From Candidatus Zhuqueibacterota bacterium (lineage in GTDB: Bacteria; Zhuqueibacterota; Zhuqueibacteria; Thermofontimicrobiales; Thermofontimicrobiaceae), in assembly GCA_049322915.1 (NCBI GenBank), contig JBMOPW010000007.1:276246-340245 (forward strand): 64,000 bases of DNA. Direction: 5' to 3'. How positions within the stretch are numbered: position 1 is the stretch's first letter; each line of letters opens with the position of its first letter. A program made the translations under genes and the position numbers. Shown piece after piece: positions 9,430 through 18,900 of this stretch. The notes below the pieces were generated by a model, which saw only the letters and a list, made by a program, of their open reading frames with translations, was not told where the DNA came from and searched no databases.

Positions 9430-12400
9430 ATGCATGACCTGGATTTGAAAACAGCCGAGAAAGCTGCCTCAGCCGCAGAGGGCATTCGCTACTTCATTTT
9501 GAAGATTTCGGAATTGCTGCGGCGCTCAGCGGACGAGAAAGAATCCCTGAAAGTCAACCGTTTGATTTATGAAAGAATAAAACGGATCGAACTGTTAGGC
9601 GCGGTGCAGGGCAATCCGCAGATCGAAAATCTGGCTGTCAATACGTCCATTGCGCTGCAAAATATTTTCAAATATTCAAAGAATCTCCGTCGGGAATTTT
9701 TTTTGGAAGTCAAATATTTCCTCGCTGCAGTGCATGCGCTCATGCCGGATGCCGGTGATGGCGCAGAACCTGAATTACCGGATGAAAGTGACTTTTGTGA
9801 CCAGCCTTCAGATGGCGCGGCCGAAGCGTCTGCCATGCGCATTGACCCTGAGGGCCAGGTCCATGCCGATGTCAATTTTGATGATATTGAGATACTTGCT
9901 GCCACCGGCAGCGATGAAAATCGGCAGAATACCAGCGCTGAAATGGCGCGCAGCCCGGAAGTGAGATTGGCCGAAACGGATGCGGATTTGCCGGGCGATT
10001 CCGCAGCGGACGGTCGGGAAATGGCCGGAGGGCCGAAGGACAGTTCGCAATCGAAGTTAGCCAGTCAAATTCAGGAAATACCACAGAATGCCTCTCCTGC
10101 GTCAACGGACGAGCCGCCCGATGGTCAGGAAAAATTAAAGAATTCGCCTCAGACTGAAATTGAATATGGAACCCACCTCATTGAAAACAGAGTGGAGCCG
10201 GAACTGGATTCGATACTCAATGAGGTGAACTCATTTTTTACCGAACCGGGCCAGAGCGATTCAGAACTTCATCGATGCCACCCCGGGTCGGAGACAGAGA
10301 AATTGCCGGATCTGACCGACAGGGAGATGACGGAAGAAGAAGCCAATTGGTACGAGGCGTTGTTCAGCGGCGAGCCAGTCCCTGAACAGACGCAGCCCGG
10401 GGAGTTGAATCGGTCGGACGTCGATGCATCGGTTGATGAAATATTACAATCCGAATTGCTCTTTTCGGAACTGGATGAAATCGATGCCGGGTATGGCGAC
10501 GAGGAATCTGCCACGCCGGAGAAGGAACAAGGTGCTGTCCGAACGACCAGGCCGGCGGACGATGCGCTTTCTTGTCTCGACGGTCGAATCGTCGCTGCGC
10601 CGGCGGAAGAGGAACTGGTCCGAAAAGAGGCCGGGCCAGTCGGGATCGATGCTGCGTCTGAAGAAAAGGCGGCAAAGGCGGCGGATTGGCAGGAGGAGCT
10701 CGATGACCTCGAATTCCAGTTGTTGACGGTCGTTCAGCAGGGCGTCCCTGCACGGAGCGAATCGGCAGAGGCGATCAGCGGACGCTCGCCGGGACCGGAC
10801 ACGACCGATAGGGATGGGCGGCCGAACCGAAATGCTGCTGTGGTGGCAACGGCGCTGGCGGATGGTTCCGACGAAAAAAATGCCCACGAAGCCAGGCATG
10901 AACCTGGTGAGGCAGTGGTCAGGGAAGAAGCATCCGAACAGGTGCGGGAACGAAACCTGTCAGGGACCGATGCCGACGAAGCGCCGTCCTTTGCATTTGA
11001 TGAAGACCTGCGCCCTGATAATGCGGCCATCGGTCTCGACATCAGCACGGCGGCGCTCAAGATCGTCGTTCTGAAACATGAAAATGATGCGGTTGAACTG
11101 GTGCACTGGCGTATTTACGATCTGGATCCGGATGAATCGGACGACGAACGTCAGAAAAATATCAAGCACATCTGGGCCAGTTTTTTGACCAGCTACAGGC
11201 AACTCAGGAAACTGCCGGTCATTGCTTCGCTGATCAACAATTCCGTTCTCATTCGCTACCTGACTTTGCCGAATATGTCGGACGCCAATTTCATGAAATC
11301 GGCCACGCTGGAAATTCAATCGGAGCTGTTTTTCCCGGAAGATCAGGTTAAGATTTTCAGCTACCCGTATCGCGTCGCCGAAGGGAAGAAAAGCAAGCAC
11401 AAGACTGGAATTTTGTTGGCCATTGAACATCGGATTTTGGACGAGATAATGAATCTCATTAAAACCGCGAATATCAGGGTTGCCAGGCTTTGTATCGATT
11501 CATTGGCATTGACTCAATATTGCGCCGATGACTCGGCTGCTGCGCGCGCTATTATCGATCTCGGCGCGGAAAAGGTGAAGCTGGTGATTGTGCAGAACAA
11601 TGAGATACGGCTGGCGCGAAATATTGATAGCTATGAAAAAAGCATCACTACAGAAATCGCTGAGTTCATGGGCATCGACCTGAACGAGGCCGAGGCAGTG
11701 AAACGGAACCTGTGTTTTGTCGCAAGCGGGAGTGCCGGTAAAAAATACCAATTGGAATTGTCCACCGGAGAGGACATCAACATACAAAATGTCGTGTATC
11801 CGCTTTACAGCAAATTGGCCGATGAAATTCAACTGACTCTTCAATACTTCAATTCCAACAATGAGGAAAAGGTTGGGAGTGTGCAACTCACCGGCGGTGG
11901 GGCGCTCCTGCAGGGCATCGATGCTTACCTTGCTTACATTTTAAACCTGCCGGTGACTATTGCCGATATTAAAAGCAGCGTGCGGGTATCGGAACAGGCC
12001 TGGGCTTCGAACCTGTTGCGGCGTGTTTCGCCCAGATTGGCTGTGGCTGTGGGACTGGCTTTGTCCCACTTTCGACCGATAGATTTCTTGACAGATATCG
12101 ATCTTCGAAAAAATGTCAAAATCAAAAAGCCGGCAATCAAATTCGGGTCTGCCAGATGGCTCCTGCCCATTGCTGCATGCCTCCTTCTGCTCACGGCCAG
12201 TCCATTGACTTTTTTTAAAATTCAGACGATGAAATATCAGAAAAAGCTGGAAATGAAAAAGGCGATGGTCGGGGAAATGACGAGGGCGGTTGAATCGCTG
12301 AAAAGTTACGAAGGGATGAAGGAAAGGCTGGATACGCAGATTCAGAATATTCAATTGTTGAAAAAACAGCAGCCGCGCTGGTCCAATGTGCTGAAAATTT

Positions 12401-12738
12401 TGAGCCGGCATAGTCCCAATTCTCTCTGGCTCAATCTGTTCAATGGTCGTTACGAAATGATCGATGTGGAAATTGAAAAAAGCGAACTGGCACCTGGCGA
12501 AGATGCGCCGGTGGATTCCGATGAATCGCCCAAGCAAAAACTGCCCGTATTGAATCTGACATTGAAAGGTCTGACTCTCGATCAGTACCAAATTCAGGAT
12601 TTCATTTCCCGGGTCGAAAAAGATGATAGTTACCAGCCCATTCAATTCAGCAAAATAATAACCCGCGAAATTCCGGCTAGCAAGGTCACGCAGTTTGATG
12701 CAGACGGTCGGGTCAACATTTCTGGACATGGGAGATAA
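9430..12738 (+). CDS. PilM-PilN fusion with N-terminal helical (Hpt-like) domain and long acidic linker
   Basis: AIGLDISTAALKIV, IIDLGAE, LTGGGALLQGI and AVAVGLA are PilM/FtsA-like motifs. They are followed by a TM helix, a coiled coil and PilN-like WSNVLKILS..P..LWL...L.L.G. Gene lies before pilO. Confidence 0.85.
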   Translation: MHDLDLKTAEKAASAAEGIRYFILKISELLRRSADEKESLKVNRLIYERIKRIELLGAVQGNPQIENLAVNTSIALQNIFKYSKNLRREFFLEVKYFLAAVHALMPDAGDGAEPELPDESDFCDQPSDGAAEASAMRIDPEGQVHADVNFDDIEILAATGSDENRQNTSAEMARSPEVRLAETDADLPGDSAADGREMAGGPKDSSQSKLASQIQEIPQNASPASTDEPPDGQEKLKNSPQTEIEYGTHLIENRVEPELDSILNEVNSFFTEPGQSDSELHRCHPGSETEKLPDLTDREMTEEEANWYEALFSGEPVPEQTQPGELNRSDVDASVDEILQSELLFSELDEIDAGYGDEESATPEKEQGAVRTTRPADDALSCLDGRIVAAPAEEELVRKEAGPVGIDAASEEKAAKAADWQEELDDLEFQLLTVVQQGVPARSESAEAISGRSPGPDTTDRDGRPNRNAAVVATALADGSDEKNAHEARHEPGEAVVREEASEQVRERNLSGTDADEAPSFAFDEDLRPDNAAIGLDISTAALKIVVLKHENDAVELVHWRIYDLDPDESDDERQKNIKHIWASFLTSYRQLRKLPVIASLINNSVLIRYLTLPNMSDANFMKSATLEIQSELFFPEDQVKIFSYPYRVAEGKKSKHKTGILLAIEHRILDEIMNLIKTANIRVARLCIDSLALTQYCADDSAAARAIIDLGAEKVKLVIVQNNEIRLARNIDSYEKSITTEIAEFMGIDLNEAEAVKRNLCFVASGSAGKKYQLELSTGEDINIQNVVYPLYSKLADEIQLTLQYFNSNNEEKVGSVQLTGGGALLQGIDAYLAYILNLPVTIADIKSSVRVSEQAWASNLLRRVSPRLAVAVGLALSHFRPIDFLTDIDLRKNVKIKKPAIKFGSARWLLPIAACLLLLTASPLTFFKIQTMKYQKKLEMKKAMVGEMTRAVESLKSYEGMKERLDTQIQNIQLLKKQQPRWSNVLKILSRHSPNSLWLNLFNGRYEMIDVEIEKSELAPGEDAPVDSDESPKQKLPVLNLTLKGLTLDQYQIQDFISRVEKDDSYQPIQFSKIITREIPASKVTQFDADGRVNISGHGR

Positions 12739-13289
12739 TGGCGTCTGAATTTTTTAAATTGAATGCAACGAAAGAGCAAAAGATACTTCTGGCGATTTTG
12801 GGCAGTCTTATCATCGGCGTATTGGTGTTTCAGTTCCTGCTATTGCCGCCGTATCAGAATTACCGGCGCGTGCGGGCGGCGAATGCGGAGATGGATGACA
12901 AGCTCAATCATTATTACGGGCAGATCGTGCAAATGAAGCGCCTGCAGCGGCAGTATCAGGAAAGCGCCATATTCCTGGCAGGCACTAAATCTGAAATGTC
13001 AATGGACGGGTCCCAATTGTTGACCATGTTGACGAAAAATTCACCGGTTGAGAAGTTTTCGTACTCGTCAATCGAGATAAAAAATCCGGAAGTCCGCGCG
13101 GATAGTATTGTTCAATATCCCTTCGAGATTGGATTCGAGGATGATTACAGGGGCATTGTGCAGTATTTGCTCTACCAGGAATCGTGTCTGCCCATTTCGT
13201 TTATCAATGAAATTGAAATAAAAAATGACAAGAATGATCCTTCCAAATTAGAGACAAAAATTACCGGCGTTATTTACAAAGTGAATTGA
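12738..13289 (+). CDS. pilO: PilO-like alignment subunit
   Basis: N-terminal TM, coiled coil, YPFEIGFEDDY..IVQYL resembling the PilO P..I...G.Y motif; position in the cluster. Confidence 0.7.
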   Translation: MASEFFKLNATKEQKILLAILGSLIIGVLVFQFLLLPPYQNYRRVRAANAEMDDKLNHYYGQIVQMKRLQRQYQESAIFLAGTKSEMSMDGSQLLTMLTKNSPVEKFSYSSIEIKNPEVRADSIVQYPFEIGFEDDYRGIVQYLLYQESCLPISFINEIEIKNDKNDPSKLETKITGVIYKVN

Positions 13290-13292
13290 ATT

Positions 13293-13772
13293 ATGTTGCT
13301 TGTACGTATGATACTGGCAGGTCTTTGCGGGTGCCTCTGCTGCACTCAGTCTGAAAAAGAGCATGATGCGGAATTGGCCCGCTATAGCGCTTTGCTGAAC
13401 TCAGTCAATGACTCGACTCAGGTGATTCAGACTGACTCGGTGAAAGCGAATCCAATTTTGGCCAGCATCCGGGAGGGCAGCCCCGGAATTGGGGAAAATG
13501 AGGCTGTGGGACGTAATCCCTTTTCGCCGGCTCGCGCTGAAGTCCGCGTCGAAAAAGTGCGGGTCGAAGCGCCCAGGCCAGTCAGTGAAATTCGCGGATT
13601 GAAATTGACCGGAATCATTCACGCCGATGGCCGAAAGAAAGCGCTGGTCAATGGACTTTTGTATGAAGAGGGAGATCGGATTGGGGCGCTGGTGATTTCT
13701 TCCATTCGCACCGGCGAGATCACATTGACAGGTAAGACAGATGTGTACACACTTCACTTAAAAGAAAACTAA
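13293..13772 (+). CDS. PilP/GspC-like putative lipoprotein
   Basis: Cys-containing signal region, GRNPF, LKLTGII...ALVNG...EGDRI; sits between pilO and the secretin. Confidence 0.7.
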   Translation: MLLVRMILAGLCGCLCCTQSEKEHDAELARYSALLNSVNDSTQVIQTDSVKANPILASIREGSPGIGENEAVGRNPFSPARAEVRVEKVRVEAPRPVSEIRGLKLTGIIHADGRKKALVNGLLYEEGDRIGALVISSIRTGEITLTGKTDVYTLHLKEN

Positions 13773-13774
13773 TT

Positions 13775-15148
13775 ATGCCGAAATCTGATTGCACAATTTA
13801 CAACATACGACACGTGCGCGTCGCTGCGTTGGCGTTTATTGTCGCGATACTCCTCACGGCTTGCAGCCATCAGGCCACGAACTCTCGCCGAAGCACAGCG
13901 CTGGAGGAGAGCTACAGCCTTACCAGCCAGGCAGTGAATAAGCGCATTGACAAAGAAAATAACATTCAGGCGGACGATCCTTTCGACGATCTGAAAGTGA
14001 CCATGACGTTCAACAATGCGCGGCTGACAGATGTCCTTAGAATTGTCGCCCGTGAATTTAAGGCGAATCTGGCGATCCCCAGCGATGAGAATAGCAAAGT
14101 GACAGTCGCATTGCAGAATGCGAATCTCTACGAAGCGCTAGCAATGATCCTTTCTGCGACCGATTATGCCTATGTTAAAAAAGGACAGGTGTTCGTCATT
14201 AAAAAAAATACAGAGAAAATATCAAGTGTCTATGCATTGAAATTTGTCAAGGCTGGAAGCATTGCAGAGATACTGGCCGGCATTACTGAAACGGCGAAGA
14301 TCAGCGCCGACGAATTGACGAATTCGCTTCTCGTTACCGATGAAATTGTGAACATGGCCACCTTTGATGAGATCATCGATGAGTTGGACAAATTCCAGCC
14401 AGCGGTTTTGATCGAGGCGGATATTTTCGAGATTTCACTGGAGAACCTGAGAACCCTGGGTATCGAATGGGGGATTCATTATTTTCAAGATCCCAACGCG
14501 ATGGGCGCAGCTAGTCCAAAGGCGTTATCCGCGGAGGGGTTGGTCTTCAGCTACAGCAATTTAAAGGCGCCGCAGATCGAGTTGATGCTCAGAGCGTTGC
14601 GAGGCAGCAGCTATTCCGAATTGCTGTCCAAACCGCGAATCGTCACATTGAACGGCGAGGAAGCGAAGATGCTTGTGGGTGAACGCGTGCCGTACGTTAA
14701 AGCCTCGACAGCCACGGCAACCGGGAATGTGTTGCAGGAAGTGGAATTTGTCGATGTAGGCATTCTGCTGAAAGTGACGCCCAGGATCATTGCAGAGGAA
14801 AACATGGTCATCATTGATGTGCAGCCAGAAGTCAGCGAAGTGCTGGATAAAACCATCCAGGGCGTTCCGCGAATTGGCACCCGGGAAGCTAAAACGCGTG
14901 TGGCAGTTAAAAATGGCGAGACAGTTATTATTGGGGGACTGATAAAAAAGGATAAACTGTGGGCAGATTCGGGTACCCCTTTGTTAGAAAAAATACCACT
15001 GATCAACCTGTTTTTTAAAAACAGGACAGATAGTAAATCCGAACGGGAATTGATCGTTTTTATCACCCCGCACATTTTAACAAAGGAGCATTATGACATC
15101 ATGAAAGTTGAGCACAAAAGCGCCAAAAGCACTCATGATAACCGATGA
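13775..15148 (+). CDS. pilQ: Secretin (PilQ/GspD family), probably lipoprotein-type
   Basis: LTAC lipobox, STN/N domains, VLIEADIFE, LSKPRIVTLNGEEA, DVGILLKVTPRI, GETVIIGGL, P.L.KIPLI..FF, ELIVFITPHI. Confidence 0.93.
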   Translation: MPKSDCTIYNIRHVRVAALAFIVAILLTACSHQATNSRRSTALEESYSLTSQAVNKRIDKENNIQADDPFDDLKVTMTFNNARLTDVLRIVAREFKANLAIPSDENSKVTVALQNANLYEALAMILSATDYAYVKKGQVFVIKKNTEKISSVYALKFVKAGSIAEILAGITETAKISADELTNSLLVTDEIVNMATFDEIIDELDKFQPAVLIEADIFEISLENLRTLGIEWGIHYFQDPNAMGAASPKALSAEGLVFSYSNLKAPQIELMLRALRGSSYSELLSKPRIVTLNGEEAKMLVGERVPYVKASTATATGNVLQEVEFVDVGILLKVTPRIIAEENMVIIDVQPEVSEVLDKTIQGVPRIGTREAKTRVAVKNGETVIIGGLIKKDKLWADSGTPLLEKIPLINLFFKNRTDSKSERELIVFITPHILTKEHYDIMKVEHKSAKSTHDNR

Positions 15149-15532
15149 CCGCGACGAATCCCGCATGTTATCCGCCTGAACTTCACTCTGAGAGTTGCTC
15201 TTTTCTGCCGTCCATGTGAAACTGAATCGATGATATGAGACCAATTTGCTACGGATTTTTGGACAATATCTGGTCAGTTCATAGCAAAAATTAGCCCAGC
15301 CTCGGTCGGGTGCGGCTTCATTACCAAACTGTAATCCGATTATGTCTCTGAAATGTAATTTTTGCTGAAAGTTAAGCAATAAATCTGTGAAATCAATAGC
15401 AACACTCATGAATTCAAAAAGATAAAATGAAAAGTAGAAATACTGTTTCAAATATAAATAGTTATATGCAAATCGCATTTCGAAAAAGTAATTGCAGATA
15501 GAGTTAAATCTTTGAGTTACTTCAAAAAGTGC

Positions 15533-15561
15533 TTGATTGTTTTTTACTTGTTTTTTATTAT
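15533..15561 (+). promoter_or_regulatory. Putative sigma70 promoter TTGATT-N17-TATTAT
   Basis: Near-consensus boxes with 17-bp spacing in the AT-rich region upstream of 15966. Confidence 0.45.
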
Positions 15562-15830
15562 ATAATCGTTTTATGATGCATGTCTTATGTATTTATGAAG
15601 AATGCGTCCATCGAAATGCAGACCATCCATTGCTCAGGGGGAAAACCTGTCGGAACGATCTATCTTAGAAGATTGATTTTACGCTAAATACAGGTACTCT
15701 AATTTAACGGATGTCAGAGAGCTATTAGCGTGTCTCACGAGCAGTGTCCCGTTTCACAGTGATTTTCGCCCATTTCTGATCTTGATTATTAAAGGCATAG
15801 CCTGTTTTTCAAAAATGATAACGAGAATTT

Positions 15831-15846
15831 TGGAATGATAATTGCG
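15831..15846 (+). promoter_or_regulatory. Putative sigma54 -24/-12 promoter TGGAATGATAATTGCG
   Basis: GG-N10-GC spacing, resembles TGGCACG-N4-TTGC; about 120 bp upstream of the adhesin ATG. Confidence 0.45.
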
Positions 15847-15965
15847 TTCTATTTGGTTGTGTTGATTTTGAAGTAAGTTTTGCAATTCGCTAATTTAATG
15901 AAGTCCATTGAGCTACTTTCTTATTTTTTTAATTGACAACTTAGGTCTACAACTGCAGGTGATGC

Positions 15966-18900
15966 ATGAACTGGCAACGGACAAAAAGATTATCTTATTT
16001 ATTTTTCCTCGGATTTATCCTTTCTATTCGACCCTCTGTCGCTTTGCTATTCGGCCAGCAAGCTGGAACCAGCAGAATATCCGGTTATATTTTCAATAAA
16101 TTTGGTCAGCCGCTTTCCGGCGTAGAAGTGCGGGCAATCATCTCCAGCGGCTCCTACTACGACCGCATTGTTTACTCATCCGCCGACGGTAGTTTTGACA
16201 TTCAGTCCCTGCCAGTCGGGCAATATTATCTCCGAATTTTCAACAAGCTGGGGTATTTAGATGTCTATTATGAAAATGCCCTCAATAAAGAAGACGCCAC
16301 GCTCATCAAGTTGAATTATGATCAGCATGTTCAGGATGTCAATTTCTACCTTGAAAGCGGCGGATTTATCAGCGGCACGATTTTCGATGAAGCGGGGGCG
16401 CCCATTACGTCGAGCAGTTCAATCGTTTTTTTCGAGGCGGAAAACAACAATCCCCGGGGTGTCATTAACAGTATGAAAGATGGCAGTTATGTCAGCCCTG
16501 CGCTTCCAAGCGGACCTCATATTTTAAAAGCCTCTTCATTCCCGTCAGGTTATATTTTGACATATTATCAAAACGTCAGCACTCAGGATAGCGCGACGGT
16601 CGTCCATGTGACCCAGGGAGATACCGTGAAAAACATCGATTTCTACCTGCGAAAAGGCGGTGCAATTTCCGGTTTCGTGAGAGGCGATACCCCGGAAAAT
16701 GAGCCGGTATTCAATGCCTGGGTTGTGGTGACTGACTGGGATAATGGTGAATGGAGCTCGGAATGCAAGACGGACTCGGACGGATATTACCGCGCCGCTG
16801 GTCTCAGGCCGGGAAATTACCGGGTCCTGGTTTACAGCGTTGATCCATTGCTATATCACACTGAATTTTATCGTGATACGCCGCAGCGGGAAAATGCAAT
16901 ACCGGTCACTGTGATCGGGGAGGAAACGACCAGCGACATCAATTTCAATCTTCAGCCGGTGAGAAGGCTGGTGACCGGGAACGAGTTCATTGAGTTTTGC
17001 GTCAGCGACCGTTACCCTGGAACCAATCTCTCCTTATGGATTACCGGCGGGCTGCCGGAAAGTAACACCGATAACGACAAGCCGCTTCTATTCGGCCATC
17101 CCTACCCGTACACGTCGTTCACGACCGTTCGGATCGATGGCGAGGATATCATTTTTGGATCCGAGAAGGGCGACATGGTCGGCAACGTTTACATCAAACC
17201 GGATGGAAAAAGTATTGAACGTACCTGGAAGTATAAGAAAATCTCCATTGTGCAGAAAATAACGTTGACGGTGAGCGAATGGTCCGAGACGAAATATGAA
17301 GACACCGCCCAGATCCAATACGTCATCACCAATGACGACGGGATAAGTCATCAGGTTGGGTTGCGCATTTTGCTTGATACCATGCTGGGGGATAATGACG
17401 CTGCTCCGATTCGTACTTCGGATTTTACTTATTCGAATTACGAGCGCTCGTTCAATTCGCACAATATGCCTGACTGGTGGGCTGCGATGGAGGGCGACAA
17501 AAGGAAGACGATTTTTTCCGCCCAGGGCACTTTGGTCGGTTACGGAGCGACGGCGCCGAATCAATTCTCAACCGTCAATTGGAGCAATGCGTTCAAAACG
17601 CTGTGGGATTATCGGACCAGCGGCGATGTCGGCGTGATTTACGACAGCGGTGTGGCCATGTGGTGGAACCCGGAACCCATTGCGCCGGGCAACACAAAGA
17701 TCGTCTGTACCTATCTGGGATTGGGAGAGATGTTCCCTGATAATTCACCCCCGTATACCGCGCACCACAGCCCGGCCAGGGACAGCAGCTATGTGGCGCT
17801 TCATTCGAATATTCAGGTGGATATTCTGGACGATTACATGGGCGTGGATTCGACGACAATCGTCATGACCGTGAATGGGCAGGTAGTAAATCCTACCATC
17901 AGCGGCAGCCTGTCTCAGTTCACGGTCAGTTTTGATCCGGAAGAGAATTTTAACTACAATGACACGGTGCGGATTAAAATCGATGCTTCCGATTTGGCTA
18001 TTGAGCCCAATATTATGCCGACCGACGAGTACGTCTTTTACGCAGTCAGGGATACGCTCCCTCCCTACGTGAAAGATGTATATCCGCTTGCCGGACTATC
18101 CCGGGTGAAATCCGATACCAGCCTGTCCCTTACCATTTGTGATGACCATTCCGGCGTGGATTCTGCCTCGATAGAAATCCGAATGGACGGCGAGGTCATT
18201 CGTCCGAACATTACAGGCTCTCCGCAGCAGTATTTCATTCGCCATCCGTTTGAACCTCCTTTTGGCGAAATGGACACGGTCATGGTCTTCATCCGGGCGA
18301 AAGATAGAGTGGCGCCGGCAAATCCGGTCACCATGCAATATCTGTTTGTGACGGAAAGGGATTCCCTGTCGCCGCGGATCACTTTTACCTATCCGTCAAA
18401 TAACCAGGTGCATATCCCACGCGATACCACGATCACAATTCGTTTGGAGGATGATTACACCGGCATTGACCTGCAATCGATTCGCATGATGGTGAACGGA
18501 ACGTTGGTTGAACATGAATTGCGCGTTTCAGATTCGCGACATGTAGAGATTGCTTATAGACCGGACCACGGGTTTCGATTTAACGATCGGATTTCAGTGC
18601 AGATCGAGGCGCGCGATCTGGCGCGGCACCCAAACGCAATGCCGCCGTTCGGATTTAACTTCAGCGTGGTGACTGATGTGGAGCCGCCATTCATTACCAG
18701 CCAGACGCCGGTTCCGAATGATACGACTGTTGTGCCCAGCCCTCAAATCGTGATCGGGATAGCGGATGAAAAAGCCGGGGTGGATTCTCTTTCCATCCGG
18801 CTATGGCTGAATGAAAATTCTGTCCCATTTCAACTGACCGGAAATAAATTTCAGTATCTGGTAAATTACCAGATCCCATCTCCATTGAATTATCTCGAGT

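Noticed and set aside
15636..15735. Possible c-di-GMP-I riboswitch (GGAAAACC...ACGCTAAA...CTAA...GATGTCAG)
   Set aside because: Only loose resemblance; I could not build the GNRA-capped P2 stem or find GACGCAAA. An Infernal search would settle it.
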